Source: the human T2T-CHM13v2.0 reference genome, Homo sapiens. From it: DNA of 64,000 bases. The notes beneath the pieces are model-generated. The model made no database searches, was not told the DNA's origin, and worked only from the letters and a program-made list of their open reading frames with translations. Positions 15,071 through 28,170 of the stretch are shown here, one piece after another. The DNA lies in NCBI RefSeq assembly GCF_009914755.1, contig NC_060931.1; one strand, written 5' to 3'. Numbering within the stretch: the stretch's first letter is position 1; each line of letters begins with the position of its first letter. The position numbers and the translations under genes are program-made.

Positions 15071-15659
15071 CTTCAAAGAAAAGGAAGTTGTTAAATCAGT
15101 AAGCAACAGTATCTGTTATATTCCCTATGTAGCAGGCAATAATCTTTATGCATATTATTTCCTTTAACTTCCCAACCGCTCTATGAGGCAACTATTATTA
15201 TAATGTACTAGTCTGGACTCTAGGTTGCTAGCTAAAAATGGGAAAACATAATTAGGAGAACCTTGAACTATCTCACATATCTACAAGAAAAGCCTGGTTA
15301 AGGTCCTCATCACCATCAGAACTCTTTCCATCTGCCACCTTTATTCTGTTGCACAAGTCAGTATTATTCTTCCAGGTCAGCTTCCCCCTTGTGGTGGAAA
15401 CTTCCCAGCCTCATATCTCACAGCCTCAAACTACTGCCTCCCACCCCCTGAGAGAGAATGATCCTCCTCCTTTCACTCCCATTTTAGATATTACTCGGAA
15501 GGACTCTGATAATTTAGCTTTAGTGAAGAGCTCAGTGTTAAATCAATCAGTTGTGGCTGAAGAGACACCAGGGAGAGGATCAGGGTTGTAGAATAGAGAC
15601 ATGGCCGGAGGGGCTCCACTTATGGACAGGGAAAACGATTTCTAGAGAAACTGGAATGC

Positions 15660-16740
15660 CAGGGTCCTCTCCTTCAACACATTTCTGAGTCCTCAAGGCT
15701 CTATCTCAGGCCCTCTGCAATTTCCACCCCACATACTTTCTGAATCTGTCTCACCAAGTCCCATTAATATACTAGTGAGGCCCCAATTCTCTGTCTCAGC
15801 AAGACCTTGTATTCTTAGCTTCAGACTCACATAACCAACTAACCTTTCCCAGACATCTGCAGCTGTATATCTCATAGGCTCCTTAAACTCAGTATATCCC
15901 ACAAAATTCATCATCCTCCTTCCCCCTCTTCCCCAATCATTCATTATATCAGGAATGCTCTTTCAATCAATGACCGAATTTCCCATGCCAAGAATCAAGG
16001 CATCATCCTTGATTTGTCCTCTCCTTAAACATCCAATTAATTGCCAAGCCCTACCTATATCCCTAAAATGTCTTTTTATTAATATGTCCATCTACTTCTG
16101 TCCATTCCTAGTACAGTGCAACCATCATAGGCTGGGCCACTATCATTTCTGGAAAATTACTGTAGTATCTCATGGGTCTCCCTTCCTCCAGTGTTATGCC
16201 TCACCAATACATTATCCATACTACAGCCAGAATAATCTTTCTAAGATGGTGATTCTATTATTCTGCTTAATACCTTCTGGTGCCCATTCATTGACTTTCA
16301 AAACATTTTTCAACTGCCTCTTGACGCATATAAAGTCTTATATGATCTGTCCCTTGCCTAGGTCTCTATCCTTACTCTCTTACTATCCCCCTCTCCTAGT
16401 CTCTACAACTGCCATCCTTTCTCTTGCCCACTGCTCTTTGTGCCACCCTCTGGTTAAAACAATACTACTACTGATAACCTCTTTTTCTTAATTCTGCTCA
16501 TATTTTAGTCTCAACTTCAATGACACCCATCTTCGCCCTTAGGCTACATCAGTTCTCCCTGCTATATGCTGGCTATTCAGTTAACAACACATTGCATTGC
16601 AGGAACTGTGCTAAATTATTCACCTTCCCAATTAGACTATAAGCCCCATGAGGACAATAACCATTTTCGTTTTGCTCACGAACATGTCCTTGACATCTAA
16701 TAGCTAGTGCTTGACAAAGAGCAGAAAATAAGCTGAATTT
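15660..16740 (+). mobile_element. L2 LINE fragment (about 1.1 kb)
   Basis: Typical L2 3' region (aaactcagtatatcccacaaaattcatcatc; ccaattagactataagccccatgagg; agtgcttgaca). Confidence 0.75.
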
Positions 16741-16914
16741 AATTCTTTCATTTATTCCACAAATATTTTAAGGAAGCCTGTTTGTGCCAGATGCCACCCA
16801 AGGCACTGAGATGCAGCTGTGAATGAAACAAAATCTCTTCCTACATAAAGCTCATGTTCTTGCAGGGTAAAAAAAAAAAAAAAACCCTAATAAGGTAATA
16901 ATTTTTTAGAAAAT
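16741..16914 (-). mobile_element. L2 3' end; left half of an apparently interrupted L2
   Basis: ttcatttattccacaaatattt...tgtgccagatgc...ggcactgagatgcagctgtgaatgaaaca...aagctcatgttct; L2-like text resumes near 46,355. Confidence 0.7.
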
Positions 16915-17196
16915 GCAAAAAGCCGCAGCGGGCGAAAAGCCGCGGCAGCGGGGGGCGAAAAGCCGCGGCAGCGGGGGGCCAAAAGCCGCGACGGGCAGAA
17001 AGCCGTGGCAGCGGCGGGCAAAAAGCCGCGGCGGCAAAAAGGCGCGGCGGCGGGGGCAAAAAGCCGCGGCGGCGGGGACCAAAACGCCGCGGCGGCGGAG
17101 GCAAAAAGCTGCAAAAGCCGCGGTGTGGGGGCAGAAAGCCGCAGCGGGAGAAAGCCGCGGCTGTGGGGGCAAAAAGCCATGGCGGCGGGGGCAAAA
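16915..17196 (+). repeat. CpG-rich CAAAAAG-type minisatellite (GCGGCGGGGGCAAAAAGCC-like, about 15 degenerate units)
   Basis: Directly visible units, mostly 16-23 bp, T-poor on the + strand; resembles the GC-rich repeats described at human pericentromeric duplication boundaries. Confidence 0.85.
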
Positions 17197-17281
17197 TAGT
17201 GGAAATGGGGTAGAAGGCCGGCACGGCTTGGCATTGCTGGAGTGTGATGTGATAGGAAAAGTGCAGCCGAAGACAAAAAAA

Positions 17282-17290
17282 GATGTAAGT
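17282..17290 (+). promoter_or_regulatory. Consensus 5' splice donor (GAT|GTAAGT), candidate end of lncRNA exon 1
   Basis: Perfect GTAAGT at 17,285-17,290, about 90 bp downstream of the CpG-rich repeat. Confidence 0.45.
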
Positions 17291-20200
17291 AGGCTTGACT
17301 CAGTGCAGCTAAGAACCCAGATGTTATCTTGAGGGTATTAACTAATAAGCAGTTTAAATCCGAATGGCACATTCTGATTTGTTTTTTGTATGTTCACATT
17401 TGGCAGGCATAGATACTGTTTGAAGAGAGGAAAGTCAGTAGATAGAGGTAACAAACTTAAACATGTGCCAAGTCTAGAAACAAGAGACTAGGGGAATAAA
17501 GACCTTTCAAAATAAAATGCAAGATTTGAAAACTGATTGGCTAGGGGATGAGGAAAAGGCAGGTCTTTAAGGTCAATCCCTGTTTTGCTTTAAGTTGTTA
17601 GGGGGTGGTTTTATCACAAATTGTAGAATATGTCATTTCAGTTTTGAACATCTTGAGTTAAATTGTCCTAACATATCTTATGAATTTGATTGTCTTCCCT
17701 GGGAAGCTGATATTTCAAAAACTTTAAGAGTATAGATTTCCAACTTGTGTCCAATTTATAAAATTATCTCTAGGCTGCTGGTTTCAGGAGGTTGTTCATG
17801 AATATACTATTTGCAGAGAATATATCAGGAGTTAACAACAGCCTCGATATTTGTGGAGGACCAGTTAACTAAGCCACCTCTTAGTGTATTTAGTTGGGAA
17901 ATCTTAGCTGAAGATATTCAGTAATGAACCGACAGTGACTAAAAAATTCAATATTTAAGTATATTTCATTGTAATTAATTTGAATTTAAGTAGCCATATA
18001 CAGCTAGTATTTACTACATTGAACAATGCAAATAAGAGGAAAAAATTAATAACCATCTCTAATACCACATGCCAAAATCCTCATAGATTTATTCTAGCTA
18101 AAGGAGTTTATCAGAAGCAGCAATTGAAAGTACCAACTAAACCAGCTAGGGTTAATTCACTGTCATTCTCTCAGAACCATCTCTTCTCTGAACAAAACAA
18201 GTACAAGAGTTAATTGTGAATCTGCATTTTCCTTGCCTATTTTAAGGTTTGGATGTTGACACTAACTTGTGAAATCCCTCTTGCGGTGTGATATTTCGTT
18301 TTCCTTGCTTTTTGTTAGGACAAGAATGCTTCAGCTCTTAATTTAAAATTATGTTTGTCCCTCCTAGGTTGAGTGAACTTAGAATGCATTCTCTGACATA
18401 TCCAAGTTTTTGTTAATATGGATCTGGGGAAAAAAGCATACTTAATTAGCTAAGACTTCTTATTCTAGGCTTGACCCTGTGTTCGACATCTTTTGAATTT
18501 GTAGTTGCATAGGCTGCTCTCTGACACTGGTTAGTGATCTGGAAGTTATATTAACGTCAGGGGAGGTGGTGTATGAGCATTAGAGGTATCCTTGCAAGGA
18601 AAGACTTGTCTTATCTCAATACGTCTTTTTTTTGCACACAAGAAAGTCAATGTTTGAGTCTTCTAAAATCTTCCTATTTCCAAGTTGCAGAGTACTATTG
18701 ATTCCTAAACAAAGATCTAATTTTTGACTCAGAGACGTGGCAAGGTAGTGAATCACCATTATAATTTAACAATCTTCAAGATAAAATTATCTCTCTGATA
18801 TTTAGATTTTGCCCGATTATTAAGATATTTGGGTGTTTCGTTAAGAATGGAAGACTCTAGTCTCTTGAGCAAAGACTATAAAGCCCTCAGACGATCATTT
18901 ATAATTTTATGCTCTTTTCTTTTACACCTTCAACACAGTTGGAAGCAGCAAATATTCCCTAGAGTTGTTGTGTTTTTTAAACCAAATGCATGGTTCAGTG
19001 GTAGAAAACTGGGCTGATCCAAGCTGTTTTCAGTAAACACTTCATTTCAGGTGACCTATTTCATGTGAAATAATCTCTAGATCCTGTCTTCAAAACTAAC
19101 TAGATCAGATAACCTACCCTAGATTTTCCCCTTTTAGGGTCTGTTAGCTGCAGTCACTTTTGTGAAAATGATTGCAGTGAAAAGATAGAGTTGTAGATGG
19201 GGAAAATGTTTTGACTAATTTAAGCATAGTGGTATTTAATATGAGAATTTAAGTTACACACATTTGAAAATTACAATGGAGTCTCTTGGCTGAGCTTTAA
19301 AAAAAATAGCGTTTAGGCTAAAAAGGGAACTGCTACCTCTCCTAAAATCAGAAAGATGTTACAGTAATTCTCCATTCTCTAGAATTATCAGGAAGCACCT
19401 TTGTGATGATTTACTTTTGCTCTTAGGAGTGTGAGCCTGTGTAGTCGTGGAACCATCAATTAGAATGATGGCTTTCTGATCCCAAAGTCATTCATTCTGA
19501 AAACAATATTTTTCATAAAATTGAAAGTGAGAAGTTTTGATCTTGCCATTCCCAAGTAACTCTCTTAATAAGAGGCATCAGCATGCTTCAGTGACAGATG
19601 TCACCTTCCAGTGCTGAGAGTCATCTTTGAGTTCTCCATTTCACTCCCTACACTCCAATTTAGCTGCAGTTCTCTTGGCCAGTCCTATGAAATACATCCT
19701 GGCCTAACGACTTCTCACCACTAATACCACTCATACTCACAGCATTCTCACCTAAGTCACTACCTTTTTTCTCTGGATTACAATAGCCTCCCAATTTATT
19801 TGCTCACATAACCATTTATTCTACACAGTGCACCAGATACACCCCTTTGAAATGCAAACGCAATCATGTTATTCTCTGGTGAAATTATCTCATACATTCC
19901 TATCGCATTTAAAATTAATTCAGAATCATCCCATGATTATCAAAACCCTACATGCTCTTCCACAACATGGTTTACTTCCAAGATATCTCTTCAAATTTTT
20001 TTTCACTGTACTGAATTGGTGACTAATAGTCATATTTTTGTTTTTGTTCAAAAAGTCTTGACTTGTAAATTTTTCAGTTTCTTCTTTATCCACAGGTAAC
20101 TCTTTCCTCACAAGGTGAATTGCTTGCTTCCTTGAGTTCTGCTCTCAAAGATACCCTTCATTTTCTACCTAATATTAATAACTGTAATCACTCATTATTC

Positions 20201-20709
20201 CATTACTATGCTCTATAGTGTATACAACTGTTTTTTGTCATGTCATTAACTAAATTATTTATTTGTTCCAGTAATGTATTCCATAAATATTGTACACCTA
20301 AAAATTATGCTATTTTTACTGCTGTATGCTCAGCTGCCCAATAACAGTTTGAGGATTAACATATTTGTTAAATGCACAAATACATTCTTTCAGAAGTGTT
20401 AGTTGAATAATTTTATATTAAACTCCCTATATACGTACAATATGAATTAGAGAATTCAGAATAAACATTCCATTGGAAAAAACTAAACAATTTGTTATAA
20501 AACATCCTTAAAAGCATCAGAAAGTTAATACAGCAATGAAGAATTACAGGACCAAATTAAGAATGGTATGGAAGCCTGTTTGTGAGGCTTATGTTTGGGT
20601 TATCTCTTTACTTAGAATGACTATAAATCTCAAAAGAGAACTAAAGGGAGAAATAACCATATCTACTAACATGGTAAGGGTATTTAAACATCTCTTAGTA
20701 ATTGGGAAA

Positions 20710-20850
20710 GTTGAAAGAAAAGAAAAAAGAGAAAGGGAGAAAGAAACAGAGCGAAAGGGATAATGAAGGAGAGAAGAAGAGAAAGGAAGAGGAAGAAAAG
20801 TAAAAAGAGGAGGGGGAGGGAGGAAGAAAGAAAGGTGGAAAGAAAGAATG
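20710..20850 (+). repeat. GA-rich low-complexity tract
   Basis: gaaagaaaagaaaaaagagaaaggg...ggaagaaagaaag. Confidence 0.85.
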
Positions 20851-20879
20851 GTAAAGTTTTTAACATAATTTATCCTTCT

Positions 20880-22420
20880 GGAATATGAATGTTGGTCTAT
20901 TTGATGGTGTCCCACAGATTCCTTAGTCTCTGCTCATTTTTTATTTTTTATTCTTTCTGTTTCTCAGAGTCAGTATTTTCCATTTTCTTATCTTCAAGTT
21001 CATGACTTCTTCTGTGTGTGCAAATGTACTCTTAAATCCCTCTGTTGATTTTTTAATTTTTATCATTGTAGTTTTCCACTCAGGAATTTCTGTTATCTCT
21101 TTGTTGATATTCCTACTTTTTAATATTTTTTCTAATTCCTTTATTTCTCTGTTTATGTTTTCTTTTTGACATTTGAGTATAATTAAGAGAGTTGTTTAAA
21201 AGTCTTTGTGTAATAAGTTTGATGTCTGGGTTTCCTTAGAGATATTTTCTGTCAATTTATTTTGTTCCTTTGAATGAGCCATACTTTCCCATTCTTTGTA
21301 TGCCTTGTAACTTTTTTTGAAAACTGGACATTATAATAACTATAATTACTATGTGGTTACTCTGGGCAGACCCCCCCCTACAAACACACTAATGTTTTGT
21401 GGTTCTAAATTTTATTTACTTATTATATTGTTAAAGTTTCTATTTTTAGTGAAATTTTCCAAAGTGATTTACAAAACTGTTTGCTTTATAAGGTGCGGTC
21501 ACCGAAGTCTTTTTGTTTCCTTAACAAATGTTAAGCTAATGTTTTGACAGTGATTTTCTTGTATGTCAGGAACTAAGCAAACAGGCAAATACAACAAAAA
21601 CAAAAAGAAAAACAAGTAATCATTAGCCAGCAAAATATGTCTCTAGGCCATGCAGACTGGCTTTGTGCTGGGTTCTTTAAAGCTGGCACAAAGTGTATGT
21701 TCACTCTTGCACTGAGTGAAGTTCAAGTTCACTCTTGCGCAGAGCTTGCACTGAGGGGAGGGATTGGCCAAGGTAAAAGTGTAGGCTCTTCTTATGACAT
21801 TTGTCATCATGTGGCTTAACCTATGCATACATGTGACTTTCTAGACTCTCCCATGTACGTGAATGATTTTGAATGTCTTAGTTTTCCAAATACTCTTCTC
21901 CAACTTTTCTTCCTGTGCCGAAGGTGATCTACTATATGTGTAAACTCTAATTTTTGCCCTAAGTGTCTGTGGTTTGTTAGGTCTCCTTGCTGAGTTTCTT
22001 AATAATGTCCATTCCTTATCTGTTCTGTATTCTAGCAACACAGAAAAAAAAAGCCTTTCACTAGTCCTTCAGGTATCCCCCAGACCAGTCAGAACAGACA
22101 CATAATAATTTGCGGGTAAGATCTTCTCTTGTTCCTTTGGGCGATGGACCAGGCTTCCTCACTGGGAACGTGGGCTTCTGACACTTCAGAACTGCCAATT
22201 TGCTGGGGCAAAGGCAAGTTAAAAATGTCGTAAAGTTTTCCAGTTGTCTTTTCCTTGAGTCTGCTTTCACTTGGTTGTTGTAATCTTTTGACCATTTTCC
22301 AGAGTTTTGGCAAAGTTTATTCGGACAGTTTCTCTTAGTTGTGTGATGTTTCTGTGGGGAAATGAAAGATTGCAGCTGTCTCCACTGCCATTTTGCTGAT
22401 GCTCCTCTTTTGTGAATTTT
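20880..22420 (-). mobile_element. Old L1M fragment(s)
   Basis: ttgatggtgtcccacagattcctt..., gagccatactttcccattctttgtatgcc, aaactggacatt are typical of antisense L1M. Confidence 0.6.
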
Positions 22421-22453
22421 TGCTTCATGTTCTTATGCTTTGTTGTTAGTTCA

Positions 22454-22875
22454 TGTATTAGTTTTCTAGGGCTGCCATAACCAAGTAACACAAACTGGGT
22501 GCCTTGAACAACATACATTTATTGCCTTATAGTCCTGGAAGCTAAAAGTCTGAGATTGAGGTGTCGGCAGGGATGGTCCCTTCAAGGGCTATGAGAGAAA
22601 GTCTGTTCTATGCCTTGTTTCTAGCTTCTGGTGGTTTTGTGGCAGTCTTTGGCATTCCTTGGCTAACCTCTGCCCTCATAATCACATGGAACTCTCCCTG
22701 TGTGTATGTCTCCCTCTACTCAAATTTCTTCTTTTTATAAGGACATCAGTCATATTGAATTCAAGCTCATCTCATATTATCTTAGCTTGATCACCTGCAA
22801 GGAACCTATTTCCTAATGAGGTCATATTCAGTGGTTAGGATTTCAGCATCTGTATAGAGGAAACAATTTAGCTCA
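22454..22875 (-). mobile_element. MLT1 (B/C/D-like) solo LTR
   Basis: tgtattagttttctagggctgccataac ... ttataaggacatcagtcatattgaatt ... cctaatgaggtcatattc. Confidence 0.75.
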
Positions 22876-23672
22876 AATCTGTGCATACATGATTGTAATA
22901 GCTATGTCTTCCTAAAGCGTTGACCCCCTTATTCCTACAATAAAAATTTTAAAAATCCTATTCACATTTTTAATAGTCTATATTGTGTTATGAGTATAAT
23001 GAGTTCAGTGTTTTTACGATTGCTCTTTGCATATTTTTTGTCATCTTTTTACTTTCAATCCATTAGTATCCTTGCATCTCAGCGTATATTGGGATCACTT
23101 GTTTTAATCCAGTCTGACAATCTCTGCCTGTTGATTGGATTTTAATCTGCTCACATTTAATATTATAATTGGTATAATTCTATTTGTCTGCCATTTTACT
23201 ATTTGTTTTGTATATTTCTCAAATATTTTTCTTTATTGCTTTATTTTGCAATGAATGAATATTTTCTAAAATAGGGAACTTTAGATTACTAACGAAATAT
23301 TTTACTATATATTTTTGAGAATTTTTGTTGTTGTTGTAAGTTTACCATGTAGGTATATGGAAAATTAATTACTCAAATCATCTTCCAATTTATACTAGTA
23401 AACTTTTAGTAATACATAGAAACATCATTCTTATACAAATCTCTTTTATTTCCTCCATTTGAAAGTATTATCACTTTACACATTACATCTATTAAAGTTA
23501 CAAAGCCAACAATACATTTTAGTAATTATGACTTTACCATCTAGAGTGATTATCTTATCACGATACATTTTTCTTCCAACTACCTCCTTTTTGATGTTAC
23601 TGGGAAATATGTTATAGACATATTACATTTCTACATGTCAAATACTCAGCAATACATTATGCACATATTATT

Positions 23673-23982
23673 ATTATTATCATTGAGACGGAGTCTCCCT
23701 CTGTCACCCAGGCTGGAGTGCAGTGGCACTCCAGTGCCACTCCAGTGAGCTCCGCTCACTGCAAGCTGCATCCCCCGGCTTCATGCCATTCTTCTGCTTC
23801 AGCCTCCTGAGTAGCTGGGACTACAGGCGCCCGCCATCACGCCCGGCTAATTTTTTGTATTTTTAGTAGAGACGGGGTTTCACTGTGTTAGCCAGGATGG
23901 TCTCGATCTCCTGGCCTCGTAATACACCCGCCTCAGCCTCCCAAAGTGCTGAGATTACAGGCGTGAGCCATCGTACCCGGCC
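23673..23982 (-). mobile_element. AluY with a templated insertion
   Basis: AluY diagnostics (gcaagct, catgccattc, gtgttagccaggatggtctcgatctcc); TSD attat(g/a)cacatattatt at 23,656-23,672 and 23,983-23,999. Confidence 0.92.
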
Positions 23983-24389
23983 ATTATACACATATTATTT
24001 TATAAACAATTTATGATAAAGAGAAAACATGCATTTCTACTGTCTTTTATAATGTTAATATTACCTATACCAGTGCTTTTTTAAAAATGTGGATTCAAAT
24101 GACTGTCTTGTGTAACTTGCTTTTAGCCTTAGGAATTTATTTTGGTGTTTTTGGTTTTTTTTTTTTTTGGTATGGTAGGTCTGGCAGCAACAACTTCAGT
24201 TAATATTTCTGTTTATCTGGCAAAGTCTTTGTGTTATCTTCATTTTTGAAAAATAATTGCTGGATAAGGAATTGGTGGCTGACAGTTTTTTTTCCTTTGC
24301 ATCTTTTGAATATATTATTCTACTGCCTCTTGCCTTCCATTGTTTCTGTTAAGTCAGCTGTTAATCTTACAAAACATAGGTGCTCAAAT

Positions 24390-24830
24390 AACAAACATGT
24401 GCATGAATATTTACAGCAGTAATAATCATACAGTCAAAAAGTGGAAACAATCCATAGGCTTGTTGACTCATAAATGGACACCCAATTTTTAGCTATAACA
24501 AAGAAAGAAGTACTTATACATGGTATAATGTGGGTGAAATTTGAAAGCATTAAGTGCACAAAAAGACAAATATTACCTGATTTTATTCAGATGAAACATC
24601 AGGAATTGGCAAATCAATTGGGATATAAATCAGATTAGTGGTCATTAGGGCTCAGGGAAGCAGAATAGGGTGTAACAACTTTATGGATAATGGGTTTTTA
24701 GAAGGGACATGATGAAATTGTCCTGGAACATTGTGAATATACTAAAAGCAACTGCATTGTATGCTTTAAAATGGTTGTTATTAATTTTATATTATGTGAT
24801 TTTTACCTTAAAAAACAAACAAAAAAAGAA
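24390..24830 (+). mobile_element. L1MB/L1ME-type 3' end
   Basis: aaaagtggaaacaatcca ... attttatattatgtgatttttaccttaaaaaac plus A-rich tail. Confidence 0.65.
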
Positions 24831-25474
24831 AATAGCCTTATTCTATACATAATAAACTCAAGATGTGTTACAAATTTATATGTGAAATCCAAAATACTAT
24901 AATATTTAAGGAATAGCTCAGTAGAATAACACTAAAATTTATTTTTATTTTTTTTTTTTTTTAAATTTATTTTTTTATTGATAATTCTTGGGTGTTTCTC
25001 ACAGAGGGGGATTTGGCAGGGTCATGGGACAATAGTGGAGGGAAGGTCAGCAGATAAACAAGTGAACAAAGGTCTCTGGTTTTCCTAGGCAGAGGACCCT
25101 GCGGCCTTCCGCAGTGTTTGTGTCCCTGATTACTTGAGATTAGGGATTGGTGATGACTCTTAACGAGCATGCTGCCTTCAAGCATCTGTTTAACAAAGCA
25201 CATCTTGCACCGCCCTTAATCCATTTAACCCTGAGTGGACACAGCACATGTTTCAGAGAGCACAGGGTTGGGGGTAAGGTCACAGATCAACAGGATCCCA
25301 AGGCAGAGGAATTTTTCTTAGTGCAGAACAAAATGAAAAGTCTCCCATGTCTACTTCTTTCTACACAGACACGGCAACCATCCGATTTCTCAATCTTTTC
25401 CCCACCTTTCCCGCCTTTCTATTCCACAAAGCCGCCATTGTCATCCTGGCCCGTTCTCAATGAGCTGTTGGGCA

Positions 25475-28170
25475 CACCTCCCAGACGGGGTGGTGGCCGG
25501 GCAGAGGGGCTCCTCACTTCCCAGTAGGGGCGGCCGGGCAGAGGCGCCCCTCACCTCCCGGACGGGGCGGCTGGCCGGGCGGGGGGCTGACCCCCCAACC
25601 TCCCTCCCGGACGGGGCGGCTGGCCGGGCGGGGGGCTGACCCCCCCACCTCCCTCCCGGACGGGGCGGCTGGCCGGGCAGAGGGGCTCCTCACTTCCCAG
25701 TAGGGGCGGCCGGGCAGAGGCGCCCCTCACCTCCCGGACGGGGCGGCTGGCCGGACGGGGGGCCGACCCCCCCACCTCCCTCCCGGACGGGGCGGCTGGC
25801 CGGGTGGGGGGCCGACCCCCCCACCTCCCTCCCGGACGGGGCGGCTGGCCGGGCGGGGGGCCGACCCCCCCACCTCCCTCCCGGACGGGGCGGCTGGCCG
25901 GGCAGAGGGGCTCCTCACTTCCCAGTAGGGGCGGCCGGGCAGAGGCGCCCCTCACCTCCCGGACAGGGCGGCTGGCTGGGCGGGGGGGCTGACCCCCCCC
26001 CCACCTCCCTCCCGGACGGGGCGGCTGGCCGGGCGGGGGGCTGACCCCCCCACCTCCCTCCCGGACGGGGCGGCTGGCCGGGCAGAGGGGCTCCTCACTT
26101 CCCAGTAGGGGCGGCCGAGCAGAGGCGCCCCTCACCTCCCGGACGGGGCGGCTGGCCGGGCAGGGGGGCCGACCCCCCCCCCACCTCCCTCCCGGACAGG
26201 GCGGCTGGCCGGGCGGGGGGCCGACCCCCACACCTCCCTCCCGGACGGGGCGGCTGGCCGGGCGGGGGGCCGACCCCCCCACCTCCCTCCCGGACAGGGC
26301 GGCTGGCCGGGCAGAGGGGCTCCTCACTTCCCAGTAGGGGCGGCCGGGCAGAGGCGCCCCTCACCTCCCGGACAGGGCGGCTGGCTGGGCGGGGGGGCTG
26401 ACCCCCCCCAACCTCCCTCCCAGACGGGGCGGCTGGCCGGGCGGGGGGCTGACCCCCCCACCTCCCTCCCGGACGGGGCGGCTGGCCGGGCAGAGGGGCT
26501 CCTCACTTCCCAGTAGGGGCGGCCGGGCAGAGGCGCCCCTCACCTCCCGGACGGGGCGGCTGGCCGGGCAGGGGGGCCGACCCCCCCACCTCCCTCCCGG
26601 ACGGGGCGGCTGGCCGGGCAGAGGGGCTCCTCACTTCCCAGTAGGGGCGGCCGGGCAGAGGCGCCCCTCACCTCCCAGACGGGGCGGCTGGCCGGGCGGA
26701 GGGCTGACCCCCCCACCTCCCTCCCCGACAGGGCGGCTGGCCGGGCGGGGGGCTGACCCCCCCACCTCCCTCCCGGACGGGGCGGCTGGCCGGGCAGAGG
26801 GGCTCCTCACTTCCCAGTAGGGGCGGCTGGGCAGAGGCGCCCCTCACCTCCCAGACGGGGCGGCTGGCCGGGCGGAGGGCTGACCCCCCCACCTCCCTCC
26901 CGGACGGGGCGGCTGGCCAGGCGGGGGGCTGACCCCCCTACCTCCCTACCGGACGGGGCGGCTGGCCGGGTGGGGGGGCTGACCCCCCCATCTCCCTCCC
27001 GGACGGGGTGGCTGGCCGGGCTGAGGGGCTCCTCACTTCCCAGTAGGGGCGGCCGGGCAGAGGCGCCCCTCACCTCCCAGACGGGGCGGCTGGCCGGGCG
27101 GAGGGCTGACCCCCCCACCTCCCTCCCCGACAGGGCGGCTGGCCGGGCGGGGGGCTGACCCCCCCACCTCCCTCCCGGACGGGGCGGCTGGCCGGGCAGA
27201 GGGGCTCCTCACTTCCCAGTAGGGGCGGCTGGGCAGAGGCGCCCCTCACCTCCCAGACGGGGCGGCTGGCCGGGCGGAGGGCTGACCCCCCCACCTCCCT
27301 CCCGGACGGGGCGGCTGGCCAGGCGGGGGGCTGACCCCCCTACCTCCCTACCGGACGGGGCGGCTGGCCGGGTGGGGGGGCTGACCCCCCCATCTCCCTC
27401 CCGGACGGGGTGGCTGGCCGGGCTGAGGGGCTCCTCACTTCCCAGTAGGGGCGGCCGGGCAGAGGCGCCCCTCACCTCCCGGACGGGGCGGCTGGCCGGG
27501 CGGGGGGCTGACCCCCCCACCTCCCTCCCGGATGGCACGGCTGGCCAGGCGGGGGGCTGACCCCCCCACCTCCCTCCCGGATGGCACGGCTGGCCGGGCG
27601 GGGGGGCTGACCCCCACCTCCCTCCCGGATGGGGCGGCTGGCCGGGCGGGGGCTGACCCCCCCCCCACCTCCCTCCCGGACGGGGTGGCTGCCGGGCGGA
27701 GACGCTCCTCACTTCCCAGATGGGGTGGCTGCCGGGCGGAGAGGCTCCTCACTTCTCAGACGGGGCAGCTGCCGGGCGGAGGGGCTCCTCACTTCTCAGA
27801 CGGGGTGGTTGCCAGGCAGAGGGTCTCCTCACTTCTCAGACGGGGCGGCCGGGCAGAGACGCTCCTCACCTCCCAGACGGGGTCTCGGCCGGGCAGAGGC
27901 GCTCCTCACATCCCAGATGGGGCGGCGGGGCAGAGGCGCTCCCCACATCTCAGACGATGGGCGGCCGGGCAGAGACGCTCCTCACTTCCTAGATGTGATG
28001 GCGGCTGGGAAGAGGCGCTCCTCACTTCCTAGATGGGATGGCGGCCGGGCGGAGACGCTCCTCACTTTCCAGACTGGGCAGCCAGGCAGAGGGGCTCCTC
28101 ACATCCCAGACGATGGGCGGCCAGGCAGAGACACTCCTCACTTCCCAGACGGGGTGGCAGCCGGGCAGAG
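25475..28170 (-). repeat. SVA VNTR, about 2.7 kb, GC-rich
   Basis: Repeating cctcccggacggggcggctggccgggc and ggggctcctcacttcccagtagggg units. Confidence 0.95.

Noticed and set aside
15955-16491. 178-aa ORF
   Set aside because: Lies within a decayed L2; no coding-like features or recognisable protein.
16865-16890. A16 tract followed by CCCTAA, read as a telomeric seed or as the cassette's poly(A)
   Set aside because: Only one hexamer; the A-run lies in an A-rich part of the L2 outside the junction and is at the wrong end and polarity for a retrotransposed tail.
16915-17196. Helically phased A-tracts (bent DNA) or a CRISPR-like repeat-spacer array
   Set aside because: Spacing mixes 16-17 and 21-23 bp, so phasing is not maintained; the spacers are themselves repetitive and the DNA is human.
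16841-17372. Ala/Arg/Pro-rich ORFs of up to 161 aa on both strands
   Set aside because: Products of the T-poor GC repeat, which lacks stop codons; no recognisable domain.
17200-17570. L2-like text right after the GC repeat, suggesting the repeat simply grew inside one L2 (donor-locus model)
   Set aside because: Disfavoured but not excluded. It resumes roughly 200 bp further along the L2 consensus, whereas the sequence after 46,334 continues more directly and completes the palindrome.
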